From Fibrobacter succinogenes subsp. succinogenes S85 (GTDB lineage: Bacteria > Fibrobacterota > Fibrobacteria > Fibrobacterales > Fibrobacteraceae), in the NCBI RefSeq assembly GCF_000146505.1, contig NC_017448.1, positions 2,910,001-2,942,000 of the forward strand: a stretch of DNA of 32,000 bases, read 5' to 3'. The notes beneath the pieces are model-generated. The model worked only from the letters and a program-made list of their open reading frames with translations, was not told where the DNA came from and did not search any database. The position numbers were made by a program, and so were the translations under genes. Shown here one piece after another: positions 31,216 to 32,000 of the stretch (positions within the stretch are counted from its first letter, which is position 1; every line of letters begins with the position of its first letter).

Positions 31216-32000
31216 CTAGAACTTGAATTCCAAATCCATGGTAAAGCCGAGTGCGTCACCTTCCATGTCGATTTGAACGCCGTTGTCCTTGGCCTTTTTC
31301 TTCAAATCCTGGCTGCGGGCGATAATCTGTCCGTTGATAGACATGTTGTCGCTGACGGCGAATGTTGCGCCAAACCAGAACTTGAACTGGTTGGACCAGT
31401 CATCGTGCAAGTCCACGTCCTTGTTGCCGTTGTAGTATTCAGACTTGAAAAGGCGCATCCAGAACTGACCGCCGACCAAGAGCGTCAACGGAGCGGAGGG
31501 GAGGGTATAGTCAAATTCACCGCCCAGACGGACTTCAAGTCCTCTTTCCAGGTTGTGGTGTTCAAAACCCCAGAAAACACCTGCTTCGGTTCCGTAAGCG
31601 GCACCCTTGATAGCGTTGATGTTGTTGTGGTGTTGGGCGCCGAAGTAGAGGTACATTTCACCGTTGCTCGGAGCGGTCGTGCCAACGCCCTTGACCTTGT
31701 CCTTACCGATTGGGAGGTTAAAGTCGAGGAAAAGGTAAAGTTCCGGGTCCAAGGCAAAACGTGCGCCAATCACGAGGTCGCGAAGACCGTTGCCGCCTTC
31801 AGAGCAGGCGTCGCAATCCGTTTCGCCCCAGAACTGGTAGCCAAAACCTTGCAGAGAAAGTTCAAATTGCGGAGTCACGTTCATACGGGCGCCGACTCTG
31901 AGGCCCATCTGGGACCAGTCATCGTCTGTATCGTAGTAAAGCCCGGCCTTGAAAGAACCCTGACTGTTCTGAAGCAGGCCGAAATAATCCCATGTTGCAA
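31216..32000 (-). CDS. Predicted outer-membrane beta-barrel protein (paralog 2), N-terminus beyond window
   Basis: The ORF track starts it at ATG 31908. Hand translation upstream stays open to base 32000 (...ATWDYFGLLQNSQGSFKAGLYYDTDDDWSQMGLRVGAR...), so the true start lies outside the window. It ends ...FTMDLEFKF. Confidence 0.6.
   Translation of the reverse strand, partial: ATWDYFGLLQNSQGSFKAGLYYDTDDDWSQMGLRVGARMNVTPQFELSLQGFGYQFWGETDCDACSEGGNGLRDLVIGARFALDPELYLFLDFNLPIGKDKVKGVGTTAPSNGEMYLYFGAQHHNNINAIKGAAYGTEAGVFWGFEHHNLERGLEVRLGGEFDYTLPSAPLTLLVGGQFWMRLFKSEYYNGNKDVDLHDDWSNQFKFWFGATFAVSDNMSINGQIIARSQDLKKKAKDNGVQIDMEGDALGFTMDLEFKF

Noticed and set aside
1-32000. Mobile elements, prophage genes, rRNA/tRNA genes and known defence systems
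   Set aside because: No transposase, integrase, phage-structural, restriction/modification or Cas-like motifs appeared in any listed ORF. No intergenic gap has tRNA-like or rRNA-like length and structure. I cannot exclude small RNAs without covariance-model scans.

Overview
This window reads as a Fibrobacter-type (Fibrobacterota) chromosome segment; that assignment is an inference from recalled gene families, not a search result. Bases 1-24100 form a plant-cell-wall degradation island. It holds two GH43 enzymes (one cut by the window edge and missing from the ORF track), two PL1 pectate lyases, a PL11 rhamnogalacturonan lyase and a GH5 endoglucanase. It also holds a secreted HEXXH-motif protein of unknown function and a CotH-family lipoprotein. 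Nearly all of these carry signal peptides and C-terminal sorting tails. Three paralogous two-gene cassettes are interleaved with the enzymes and are the most interesting feature. Each cassette is a cytoplasmic TIGR02147-family helix-turn-helix protein translationally coupled to a downstream lipoprotein. The lipoproteins carry carboxypeptidase-regulatory-like repeats and a C-terminal LamG or CBM11-like module (5369-6286/3250-5367 on the minus strand; 15879-16730/16720-18117 and 18205-19044/19044-20270 on the plus strand). The third cassette runs straight into the GH5 gene. I propose these cassettes as an undescribed, lineage-specific glycan-sensing or regulator plus surface glycan-binding module. 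Bases 24100-30100 are housekeeping: yceD-rpmF-plsX, fabG-acpP (with no fabH, fabD or fabF), rnc, and an orphan family-5 solute-binding lipoprotein. Two tandem paralogous beta-barrel outer-membrane proteins follow, the last cut by the window edge. Intergenic regions contain intrinsic terminators, REP-like GTCATCC elements, a 30-bp tandem repeat with compensatory palindrome changes, and a nested heptad inverted-repeat array. I saw no rRNA, tRNA, CRISPR array, transposase or integrase. All family assignments rest on motif recognition by eye; no searches were run.
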